DNA of 64,000 bases from Chiloscyllium plagiosum. Lineage: Eukaryota. Positions 38,666 to 49,209 of the stretch are shown piece after piece. The stretch spans positions 39,931,652-39,995,651 of the forward strand of contig NC_057725.1 of assembly GCF_004010195.1 (NCBI RefSeq), written 5' to 3'. The position numbers and the translations under genes were made by a program. The number at the start of each line of letters is the position of its first letter. Position 1 is the first letter of the stretch. The notes beneath the pieces were generated by a model. It made no database searches, was not told where the DNA came from, and worked only from the letters and a program-made list of their open reading frames with translations.

Positions 38666-39770
38666 AGAAATAATTGAAAATAATGTAAGGGCTGCAGTTC
38701 TGCCTATTTCTAACAATAATTGTACTGTATATAATACACAGACTGTATCACTTACAGGCCCTGTGTAGCTTTTAAACATTTTTAAAGCTGCAATATATTG
38801 TTGTAAACGTCATGAATTTTTCAAACATTCAGAGTACTAGTTGAAAATAAGCTAATGAAGCAAAGTTTTTGCACTGCAAACTAGTCTAAGAAGTTGAGTA
38901 TTAATTTATCTCCAATCTTTGCTTGTATACTGTTCTAATTTATTTTGTCACTGCTCAGGTCTATTAGATGCAGCGCACTTATTTGAAAGAAAATAGTATC
39001 TTTGCAAAACTGTATTCGAGTTGGAGGTATGAGTCAGAATAATAATTACTGTACTACTGATTTCCAGTTTAAAGATATGGATTCTTTATTCCTAATTAGT
39101 TCATCAACTTTACTGGACACATACATTTCCTGTTAAATGGTTTTGCTAAAGTTTGCATAAACGTCTGATGATATATTGCAGCTTTAGAGTGTAAATTATC
39201 ACTGTCTGTTAATTGTGTACAGTTTGGACTAAACAAATCAGGTTCTTGATATTAAGGTACTTTAAACTGTAGACCCGAAAATGTGGAGCATGCATTAAAA
39301 AGTTATTTCTGCATGTATTTTAACACCTGGGAAATCTAAGTGATAGAATATTATATTCTAGTGCACACATTAAAGAGATGAACATATTTGGGACTACAGT
39401 TTTACACTTTTATGGAAACTAATTTCATACTACTAAAAGGTGTTTGATCTTTGCTTGTGACCAATTACCTGTAAATACATACTAATGCCACAGATGTAAC
39501 CTACATTTTACTTTTTACGTATGATCATGTAAAAGTACAAAAGGAGGAGCTTTGGTTGTGCAATATTAAACATATACAATCCAAATTTATGTTGCTTTAT
39601 TCAAAAAACACTTTTTTTGTGTCAGGCATTATTCTGAAGGCATTTTAAATGATGAAAACAAAGGGAAAAAAATACAATTGGTTGCATGAATGATTTGATG
39701 AATTGATAATAAAGGTGCATCGTGTGCGTAGGGTTTTAAACAGATATGCTTTAGATTTTGGCAATAACAT
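38666..39770 (+). other. ZNF143: Probable ZNF143 3'UTR
   Basis: AT-rich, with no recognisable repeats, directly after the stop codon. Contains several ATTAAA and an AATAAA at 39708-39713. The true 3' end cannot be determined. Confidence 0.6.
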
Positions 39771-40270
39771 NNNNNNNNNNNNNNNNNNNNNNNNNNNNNN
39801 NNNNNNNNNNNNNNNNNNNNNNNNNNNNNNNNNNNNNNNNNNNNNNNNNNNNNNNNNNNNNNNNNNNNNNNNNNNNNNNNNNNNNNNNNNNNNNNNNNNN
39901 NNNNNNNNNNNNNNNNNNNNNNNNNNNNNNNNNNNNNNNNNNNNNNNNNNNNNNNNNNNNNNNNNNNNNNNNNNNNNNNNNNNNNNNNNNNNNNNNNNNN
40001 NNNNNNNNNNNNNNNNNNNNNNNNNNNNNNNNNNNNNNNNNNNNNNNNNNNNNNNNNNNNNNNNNNNNNNNNNNNNNNNNNNNNNNNNNNNNNNNNNNNN
40101 NNNNNNNNNNNNNNNNNNNNNNNNNNNNNNNNNNNNNNNNNNNNNNNNNNNNNNNNNNNNNNNNNNNNNNNNNNNNNNNNNNNNNNNNNNNNNNNNNNNN
40201 NNNNNNNNNNNNNNNNNNNNNNNNNNNNNNNNNNNNNNNNNNNNNNNNNNNNNNNNNNNNNNNNNNNNNN
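39771..40270. other. Assembly gap (500 N)
   Basis: Run of exactly 500 n. Confidence 1.
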
Positions 40271-40702
40271 TTTAGATAAAGGATGGTGTACCTGTACTTT
40301 CAAGGGGAATTGGCTACACATTTGAAACTGAATCATTTGCAGTCCTGTGGTGAAACATTTGGAAAGTGAGACTACTTAGATGGCACAGTCAAAGAATCTG
40401 TTTGGCTATGTAGCCTGTTTTTGGGTGAAGAGTTGTACAAATTTAAATAAAAATAAAACATTGTGTGCATGGTGGAGATGTGCGGCAGTTCTGGCAATAT
40501 TTGTGAAGAGAAAAACAGTCGACGCTTAGAGTATAATGCTTTTTTTCTCTGGAACCAAAGAGGCATCTTTGAATTTTGAAGTTAATTTTATTTCTCTTTC
40601 TATTGATGCTGCCAGATCATCTGAGATTCTCTAGCATTTTCTGTTTTGATTGTACAAATTTTTGAATTTGTTTTGTAATTTCAAATTTATTTTTATAATA
40701 AG

Positions 40703-40788
40703 GTGATCTTGGACATGTTACTCGTGTATCCAATCCTCATGTAGAGGAGGGAGATAGTCGGTTCTTGGCCAATGAAGTGCTGCAAGAG
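40703..40788 (+). CDS. WEE1: WEE1 kinase exon (DLG motif / activation segment)
   Basis: ataag|GT...GAG|gtaatg, 86 bp. Encodes (G)[28 protein letters not shown], including the Wee1-specific EGDSRF motif. Confidence 0.96.
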
Positions 40789-42121
40789 GTAATGTTTATG
40801 ATTGTTGCAATAATTTTGTGGAACATGTATCCTTGACTATTTGTGCCAACAGATTAACTTGCATCTTCCCTAAACATAAAGGATGCTTTTGTGTTTTTAA
40901 TTGATTGTCCTGTTTAAAAATTTGACATTCTGCCATTGGTATCAGTAATTCTATTGAGATCTGATTGTGACATTCTCTTTAAGAGTTCACTGAATCTAAT
41001 TTGATATGCATATCATTTGATTTCTGATTTAAAAAACCTAAAGCTTGACTGTGCTCTTTCCAATATGATCAAATGAAGTTGGACAAAATTTTACGTGAAC
41101 AACCAGAATAGTTTGTCGATTTCATCCAAAATAGTATAGACGATGATAATATTATTGCCAACTCCTTGCAGGCTTTGCAACAGATTTGCTTAATCAATAT
41201 TGCAACTCCCATTGATATTTAAAAGGCATTGGAAATCAGTATTTTTAAGTGATTTTGAATCTTGGAATGTGAATCCACCATGTACATATGTTGCATAAGG
41301 TAATGATACTATTTGAAAATATTCCCATTGTGTGTAAAGTAGTACTTGTAGCTGTAATCAGACTGATATTCAATGCCCTTTTTCTACACTAAAGAAATGA
41401 TTAAACACCTACTTAATCAAATAAGGAGCTCTATAATATATCTAAATATATATTTGTTTCTCCCTTTGAAGACAGAAGTATGCTGAGAGTTCTTACAAAT
41501 TGGGTAATCTGGTATTTTTCTGATTGGGAAAATTTTTTCTAGCCCAGGGAACAAGGTTTCTCTACTACCTCTGCTTTCCCTATTCAGAATGGGTACTGTT
41601 TAAAAATTCGTTTGTGATCAATCTTTGCTAAATATGTGAAACCACGCTTGTGAGAAGTAGCAATGTTACTTCTTCTTTGGAATGTTCTGCATGTCTCAGG
41701 TTTTCATGGATACTTTCGAAGAGTTTCATGCATAGATCAGTTGCTCGTTAGCATCTTCAGTTGCCCAACACTTTAATGAATTGTCAGCTATGATGTGGAT
41801 TCCATAGGGTCCCCGTGCACAACTCCCACTTGCTAATCAGAAACTGCCGGCTGTCGGAAAATCTGGGCCATGATTTCAATTCTTGTTGATTCAGAAGTTA
41901 ATGAATAATTGAACCAAGCAGATCAGAAATACTTTGAATTAAATCGAAGTGATAAATTATGCATGAGTTTTTGAATTCTCGGTGTGATCAACTTATGTGA
42001 AGTTAGTAAGCGCGCTCTCACTTATAACTGCATGCCTGTTACCATTTTTACCCCATCCCCAACCCCATTGAGTCTTGTTCTGTGTGATGATACTTTTGAA
42101 TATTGTGTATTTTTATTTCAG

Positions 42122-42292
42122 GACTACAGGCATTTGCTGAAAGCAGATATTTTTGCCCTTGCACTCACTGTTATATCTGCTGCTGGTGCAGAGCCATTGC
42201 CAACCAATGGAGAAAAGTGGCATGAAATTCGCCGAGGAAAGCTTCCTACAATTCCACAAAAGCTCTCTCAGGAATTTTTGGATTTATTGAAG
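42122..42292 (+). CDS. WEE1: WEE1 kinase exon
   Basis: tttcag|GAC...AAG|gtagaa, 171 bp. Encodes DYRHLLKADIFALALTVISAAGAEPLPTNGEKWHEIRRGKLPTIPQKLSQEFLDLLK. Confidence 0.96.
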
Positions 42293-42437
42293 GTAGAATA
42301 TTTGCCCCGTAAATTCATCTTGGATTTTGATTTATTTCATAATTTTCTAAAGCAATGGTGACATTTTAAGTGAGAAGTTCTAAGTTGCCGTGTTGTTTCT
42401 TTTAAAAAAAATGCTCATTTCAATTCTTTGTTTTAAG

Positions 42438-42583
42438 TTAATGCTCCATCCGGACCCAGAGAAACGACCGACTGCAAGTACTTTGATCAGACATTCCGTG
42501 TTGCTTCCAACTGCAAGGAAGAGTGCTGATCAACTTCGGTTAGAGCTGAATGCAGAAAAATTCAAAAATGCACTTTTGCAAAA
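42438..42583 (+). CDS. WEE1: WEE1 exon (kinase end / coiled coil)
   Basis: ttttaag|TTA...CAAAA|gtaagc, 146 bp. Encodes LMLHPDPEKRPTASTLIRHSVLLPTARKSADQLRLELNAEKFKNALLQ(K). Confidence 0.96.
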
Positions 42584-43281
42584 GTAAGCTTTTATTCTTC
42601 AGTGGCTAGCCAGTTGTAGGTCACTTAAGGTAACTCCTTCATTGACATTTAAGTTCACTTCATGCGTATAGATAATCACATACTGGTCTAGAAATTTTCT
42701 ACTGTATCAACTGTAGATCTCAAAACTGTCAGCCGTATTTGTACATCTTATCAGTGTATTGCTGTTGTACCATCATGTTAATGTGTTAACTTTACTGATT
42801 TAGACTCTGCGTATTTGAAATACTAATCAATATATTCATCCTAATTTGGCATTTAAGTATGGGGTTCAGTTCGCCAGTCATTCAGGAAGATTCTTAGGGA
42901 ATGCATAAATGAGTCAAACAGGTCTGAAATAAGATTGTGTTGAGTTGGCCTGAGTATTGAAATGGATACAAGTCCAGTTAACCCAGTACCCCCATGGTTT
43001 CTGTGCCTGACTTGCTATTTCTGCTCAAAGTGCATGGACAGAATTAATTCAAAAATATCGTCAAAGTTTGGACTTTTTGTTTGTTTGAATTTTTCCTCTG
43101 TGATTCTACTTTTGTCTGACTTACTCTTTTTCTCACATACTCATTTTTGGTGCAGTTGTTCAATCCTCCTTGCACCTCCCAAACCTAATCAGAGTTCAGT
43201 CCATGTTCAAAGTTTGGGAGAAGATTTGTAGCTCGGGTGCTCGTTGTTGTGGTTCTGTTTGCCGAGCTGGGAATTTATGTT

Positions 43282-43321
43282 GCAGACGTTTCGACTCCTG
43301 TCTAGGTGACATCCTCAGTGC
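43282..43321 (-). ncRNA. Minimal hammerhead ribozyme motif (core intact)
   Basis: Minus strand reads GCA-CUGAGGA-U-GUCACC-UAGACA-GGAGUC-GAAAC-GUC-UGC. Stem II has two mismatches. Confidence 0.72.
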
Positions 43322-44843
43322 TTGGGAGCCTCCCGTGAAGCGCTTCTGTGATGTTTCCTCCGGCATTTGTAGTGCTTTGTATTTGCTGCTTCCGGTTGTC
43401 AGTTCCAGCTGTCCGCTGCAGTGGCCGGTATATTGGGATCAGGTCAATGTGCTTATTGATTGAATCTGTGGATGAGTGCCATGCCTCTAGGAATTCCCTG
43501 GCTGTTCTCTGTTTGGCTTGTCCTATAATAATAGTGTTGTCCCAGTCGAACTCATGTTGCTTGTCATCTGGGTGTGTGGCTACTAAGGATAGCTGGTCGT
43601 GTCGTTTCGTGGCTAGTTGGTGTTCGTGGATACGGATCGTTAGCTGTCTTCCTGTTTGTTCAATGTAGTGTTTTGTGCAGTCCTTGCGTGGGATTTTGTA
43701 CACTACATTGGTTTTGCTCATGCTGGGTCTCGGGTCCTTTGTCCTGGTGAGTTGTCGTCTGAGAGTGGCTGTTGCTTTGTGTGCTGTTATGAGTCCTAAT
43801 GATCGCAGTAATCTAGCTGTCAGTTCAGAAATGTTTTTGATGTATGGTAGTGTGGCTAGTCCTTTGGGTTGTGGCATGTCCTTATTCCGTTGTCTTTCCC
43901 TTGGGTATCTGTTGATGAAATTGCAGGGGTATCTGTTTTTGGCGAATACGTTGTACAGGTGTTCTTCTTCCTCTTTTTGCAGTTCTGGTGTACTGCAGTG
44001 TGTTGTGGCCCTTTTGAACAGTGTCTTGATGCAACTTCTTTTGTGTGTGTTGGGGTGGTTGCTTTTGTAGTTTAGGACTTGGTCTGTGTGTGTGGCTTTC
44101 CTGTATACCTTTGAGATGAATTCTCCGTTCGGTGTTCTCTGTACCATCACGTCTAGGAATGGGAGTTGGTTGTCCTTTTCTTCCTCTCGAGTGAATTTGA
44201 TTCCTGTGAGTGTGGTGTTGATGATCCGTGTGTGTTCTCTATCTCTGTGTTTTTAATGATTACAAAGGTATCATCTACATATCTGACCCAGAGTTTGGGT
44301 TGAATTTGCGGTAAGACTGTTTGTTCTAACCTTTGCATTACCGCTTCTGCTATGAGTCCGGAGATGGGTGAACCCATGGGTGTGCCGGTGATTTGTCCAT
44401 ATATTTGGTTGTTGAATGTGAAGTGCATTGTGAGGCACAGGTCCAGTAGTCTGAGTATGCAGTCTTTGTTGATAGGTTCCCGGTCTTGTTGTCTGTTCTG
44501 TATGTCCAGCAGGTTGGCTATTGTTTCTCTGGCTAGGATTTTGTGCAACTAGCCACGAAACGACACGACCAGCTATCCTTAGTAGCCACACACTCCGATG
44601 ACAAGCAACATGAGTTCGACTGGGACAACACTATTATTATAGGACAAGCCAAACAGAGAACAGCATGGGAATTCCTAGAGGCATGGCACTTATCCACAGA
44701 TTCAATCAATAAGCACCTTGACCTGGACCCAATATACTGGCCACTGCAGCGGACAGCTGGAACTGACAACCGGAAGCAGCAGATACAAATCACAATAAAT
44801 GCCAGAGGAAACATCACAGAAGCGCTTTACAGGAGGCTCCCAA

Positions 44844-44883
44844 GCACTGAGGATGTCACCTAGACAGGGGATGAAACATCTGC
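44844..44883 (+). ncRNA. Hammerhead ribozyme motif (GUC changed to AUC)
   Basis: GCA-CUGAGGA-U-GUCACC-UAGACA-GGGGAU-GAAAC-AUC-UGC. Confidence 0.7.
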
Positions 44884-45302
44884 AACACAAATTCCCAGCT
44901 CCAGGAACAGAACCTTTTTTACCTTTTTTTTTCAAATCCTAAACTTAATTGTAGCTATTAATTGGTCTGTTTGCTTATCTCCATTGTCTCTTTTTTTTCC
45001 TGCTTTTTCTTACCTCTACTTCTTTCACCTTGCTGTGCCCCAACACTTGCTTTCTTGGTTCTTTCTCAATCTTTGGAGATTGTATTGTGACACTCCTAGT
45101 CTGTGCTGTAATCTCCAGAAATAATAATTTGTGGCTATGACTGATAGAGTAGCTGTCTATGGATTGTAAAAGTCTTCAGTGAATTATACACCTATGAATA
45201 TGATTTTGATGCTCAAGAAATAAATTTAAAATAATTATGAATGCTCATTCCTTTATTTGAATTGAGATGCTGTATTAAATAATGAATCTCTCATTATTTT
45301 AG

Positions 45303-45456
45303 AGAACTGAAGAAGGCACAAATGGCAAAAGCAGCAGCAGAAGAGAGAGTATTGTTCACAGACCGAATGACAACCAGGTCTACTGTGCAAAGTAACAGAA
45401 GCACAAGGATCATTGGGAAAAAGATCAACCGTTCTGTTAGCCTTACAATATATTGA
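45303..45456 (+). CDS. WEE1: WEE1 last coding exon, to stop codon
   Basis: ttttag|A GAA...TAT TGA. Encodes ELKKAQMAKAAAEERVLFTDRMTTRSTVQSNRSTRIIGKKINRSVSLTIY*. The terminal RSVSLTIY 14-3-3 motif is typical of WEE1. Confidence 0.97.
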
Positions 45457-46160
45457 AACTTAAGGGGTGACAGCTGATTTTGTTTTTAAACTGGGGATTT
45501 TTTATTTTTGAAAGTTTGTTGCCAGTTTAGTTAACCACACAGTTGTAGGACCATTGAGAATATTCTTGGTTAGGGTGTAGCATTTCTGCTGCCTTTCTGG
45601 TCTTAACTTTTATTTTTCAATTTTAGTGTGCCTTTTGAATAAAAGGGACAAAAATCTATCAAAAATATCAGGACATTTTTATTGAGTGGCACATGCACCA
45701 TGAATTCTGTAAATCTGCCAGGTTTCATGTTTAAAACTTTGTGTACATCTAGAGGATGTATTTGAACCATGTTATACATTGTACTGGGAGCACTTTGTAG
45801 ACATTGGGATTTCCATGGCAAACACCATGGATGAACTTGTCTTGGATAAACTGCTGCTATATTAGTCAGTGTTGTACACTTTCTGTAAAATTCAGCTAGC
45901 ATTATAAACAATCATTGCTGTACTAGGATTAGATGTTTTTGGAAAATGCATTTTTAATTATGTGTATTAAATGAAATAACAGTTGTTCACTGTTTACTGC
46001 TTGTATTTACAGCAGTTTTTTTTTTATTAAGCTAGTGCTTTGTAGGGATACATTGCACCTTTGTTTCTTCCTGTTTGTATTTTCTGTATTTTTAGAAATG
46101 TAAATTCTGGGGTTTGTCACTTAACTGTCTTGTCCAATAAACAAGTGTACATTTGTAAAT
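45457..46160 (+). promoter_or_regulatory. WEE1: WEE1 3'UTR with poly(A) signal AATAAA at 46136-46141
   Basis: Non-repetitive U-rich sequence after the stop codon, AATAAA at 46136, and a GT/T-rich downstream element. Confidence 0.75.
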
Positions 46161-46289
46161 GTTACGTTTAGTGTCAAGATTTTTATTTGCTTAATTACAC
46201 AAAATAAGTTAATTGAATTGATTTTGGTTTCTGAAGATTCAGCCAAGCAGTAAATGGACTTTTACGCACATCACCTAGACAGCGGAAAC

Positions 46290-46680
46290 AGTTGTGTAGC
46301 TGTAATGTAACTGGACTGGGTTGTCCAAGGGCCAAGGCTAATTCTCCAGCAGCATAGTGGAAGTTAACTTGAATTAAATAAATCAAAATGTGATGCTAGT
46401 CTCAGTTCCATGGTCATTGTTTCTGTCATCTTTGGTTGTGAAAATTCATTAATTCCCTTTTTTAGAAATGAATTTTCTGTTCTTAGCTGGTTTAACATAA
46501 TGCTCCAAATCTACAGCAATGTGGTCGACTCTTGCTTGCCTTCTGAAACTGGTTGGTCAGCCAACCAGTTGTGCTAGTATCAGATGGATTGCACTGGTTG
46601 AAGAAGGCAACTCTTCACCACTATCTCCAGGACAATTCAAGATGGGACATGTTAGTGTTGGTGTTGCCCCTATGAAAGAA
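46290..46680 (+). mobile_element. Old tRNA-derived SINE with LINE-derived tail
   Basis: Head gtaatgtaactggact, core cagcaatgtggtcgactcttg..cttctgaaa, and tail gaagaaggcaactc..caccac..gatgggac. Confidence 0.55.
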
Positions 46681-46853
46681 AGATAATCTATTCCTCTTAG
46701 TGACATAATATTTTCCCATTTTGTTTTAACATGTTGTAATAGTTCAAAGTTCTTTTAAACAATCTGATTTCAGAATATTAAATGGATCTTTCATTAAAAC
46801 TAACAAAAGCTGCATATGCAATGTCGTGTATCTAACAAATTCATTTGTGAAAA

Positions 46854-47158
46854 ACTCAGTAGTTAGTACTGCTGCCTCAGTGCCAGGGACCCGGGTTCGA
46901 TTCCAACCTCAGGTGACTGTGTGGAGTTTGCACTTTCTCTCGTGTCTGTGTGGGTTTCCTCTGGGTGCTCCAATTTCCTCCCACAGTCCAAAGATGTGCA
47001 GGTTAGGTGAATTGGCCATGCAAAATTGTCCATAGTGTTCAGGGATGTGTAGGTTAGGTGCATTCGTCAGGGGTAAATGTAGGGGAATGGGTTACTCTTA
47101 GGTCGGTGTGGAGTTGTTGGACCAATGGGCCTGTTTCCGCACTGTAGGGTTTCTGTGA
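46854..47158 (+). mobile_element. HE1-type SINE
   Basis: B box ggttcgattcc, V-domain gggtttcctctgggtgctcc..tttcctcccacagtccaaagatgtgc, and tail gggcctgtttccgcactgtaggg. Confidence 0.9.
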
Positions 47159-49190
47159 AACAAAAGAGCTGAACTGAGTTGTAGACAGAAAATCTAGGTA
47201 GTTATCTTAAAAGGATCGGATTTCTAAATGGTGAAACATAACATAAATCTGAGGTAAATGATCTTTTTGACTGGTTTATATTTATGTTGAGCATTGTATG
47301 AAAATATTGATGTTTTAGAAGTGTAAGCCAGTGTTACTCTGTGATTTAAACAGGTGGGAGCAATACATATGAAATAAGTCCATTAGCCTGTTGGAAACGG
47401 GTGTTTTGGTGGAGACACCGTGAAGAGGATAAAATAGCACTTGATGGTAAACATTCAGAAATATGTAAAAGCATCTGATTAGAAAGATAATCTACAGTCC
47501 ATTGTGGAAAGTCCATTAAGTGTAGAATGACAGAGCAATTCAGCAAATTAGCAGATTGGATGCATTTGTAACGGATAAGTCTTGCAGAATAAAGTTATTT
47601 CATTTCTATACAACTTGGGGGAGAAACATGGCTTGTTGGCTTTCACGTGGCAACGGTTGGAATAAAAATGTTGGAGCGGAAGTTATTTTACCATTGTATA
47701 GTCATGGCCATTTGCTGTCCTGCATTTGACTTTTGGGTGCCATGTGTCAGGACATTCACGTTGAGCACTTTTGACTGTCCCATCTCTGCAAGTTATTGAT
47801 CCTTTTCTGATCTTCCTTTTTTTAATTACTCTGTAGCGTTGCTTTTCCGTCTGTGCTCAACTTTCCTGTGTTTGCCTGTTTAAACCTCTGGCTTGATTTT
47901 CAACTCCACGATATTAACTGAACAGTGGTTAGATGTTTATTTGAAACTTTGGTTAGCTAATGGGAAAAGCAAACAGTCCCTGCTTGACCTTTCATGATCT
48001 GAGTGCAACCTTTGACAATCATTACCTAAACCATCATCCGATGTTCTGTGGCCAGAACTGCTATTCTCATCTGCTAAATGGTAATATTTTTTCTCCTCCC
48101 ATAATGTTACCTCCGCTGTTATCTAAGGCGGTTTGTGTATTTTTTTCATGTAATTGCAATGTCTTTGTGCCATAATCCAAAACTGGTTTGTTCTCAGGTA
48201 TTGATTCCTATTGTCAAATTATCAGACTGCTTTTTCCACATGCAGTAAGGATGAGCAAACATTTCCTCCAATTAAGTATTTGGAGGGCTAAAGCTTTATT
48301 TGTCTCAACTTGACCAATTTTATCCTGGGTGTCATGTGCGATCCCAAGATGAGTTTCTGATAACATATTTGAGCCGAGGATGCTTATTTCCACTTGCACT
48401 CCATTATCACTCAGCTCGTCAGATGAAAATACTTTTATTATTTAAAATTGATTACTCAAATTACTATCAAATGAGAAAGTGATCCAAAACTCTGCTCATT
48501 ATTTGCACCAAGTAGTGTTCAGAGTACATCTTTGTTAAATTGAGGGTGTAGGGTGCATAGACAAGGCTTCTATTACTGTCTGTGGTTGAAGCAATTAATT
48601 GGAGGATACTTCTCTGGGTGAGATTTCCAAAAAAGGGCAATAAATATTGAAATTATTATCAGCAAGGCATGTCTGCAGTTATTTTATCAATTGGCAGGAC
48701 AAGATCAAGGGACGGAAAAGCTTTTGCTTAGGAAACAGTGATGATTAACTATGCAATCGATGTTTCTCTCCCCACTAGATACCTGAAATCTTGCCTTTCA
48801 CCAACATGAAATGAAAATTGCCACTTACTTTTGAATACTGCCACATGCTCAATGGAAGGTAGGTGGAGTCTCCATATAAGTGCTGATCTAATGGCTAATG
48901 ATTGAATATTGCAATGTACTCTTAGTACTTGACTGAGCTATTGTTTTGGCTAAACATTAAAGATATATGGAAGTTGCAGTGTACTTGTAAGCTTTTGACT
49001 AATTATTGACCCAGACTTCCTTTGTATGAATCCAGAACAAGAGTGCATAATTTTACAATTAAAACTTAGTCACTTAGGAGTGAAACCCGGAAGTAGTTCT
49101 AAAGTAGTAATAGCCAGAATAGGAAACATTCCTGAGGATGGGTTAAACTAGATAGGACCTGATGAAATTGACACTTGTCAATTCTTTTTA

Positions 49191-49209
49191 AAACCACTAG
49201 ATGGCGGTA
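49191..49209 (+). promoter_or_regulatory. CTCF-like binding motif
   Basis: AAACCACTAGATGGCGGTA closely matches the CTCF core consensus CCASYAGRKGGCRS. Motif match only. Confidence 0.55.

Larger units (their letters stand above)
43170..44905 (-). mobile_element. PLE (RT C-terminus, GIY-YIG, pLTR) with inverted 3' duplication, in the last WEE1 intron
   Basis: ORFs 44153-44548 (GTPMGSPISG..LWVRYVDDTF) and 43302-44150 (VYRKATHT..NVVYKI..YIEQTGRQL..RIHEH..EFLEAWH). 44545-44905 is an inverted copy of ~43255-43620. Confidence 0.95.

Noticed and set aside
39629-40336. Long ORFs spanning the N run
   Set aside because: Artefacts of translating the gap.
49087-49094. ETS motif CCGGAAGT
   Set aside because: Lies in a decayed CR1 3' fragment (tccagaacaagagtgcataa...) with no CpG island or promoter context.
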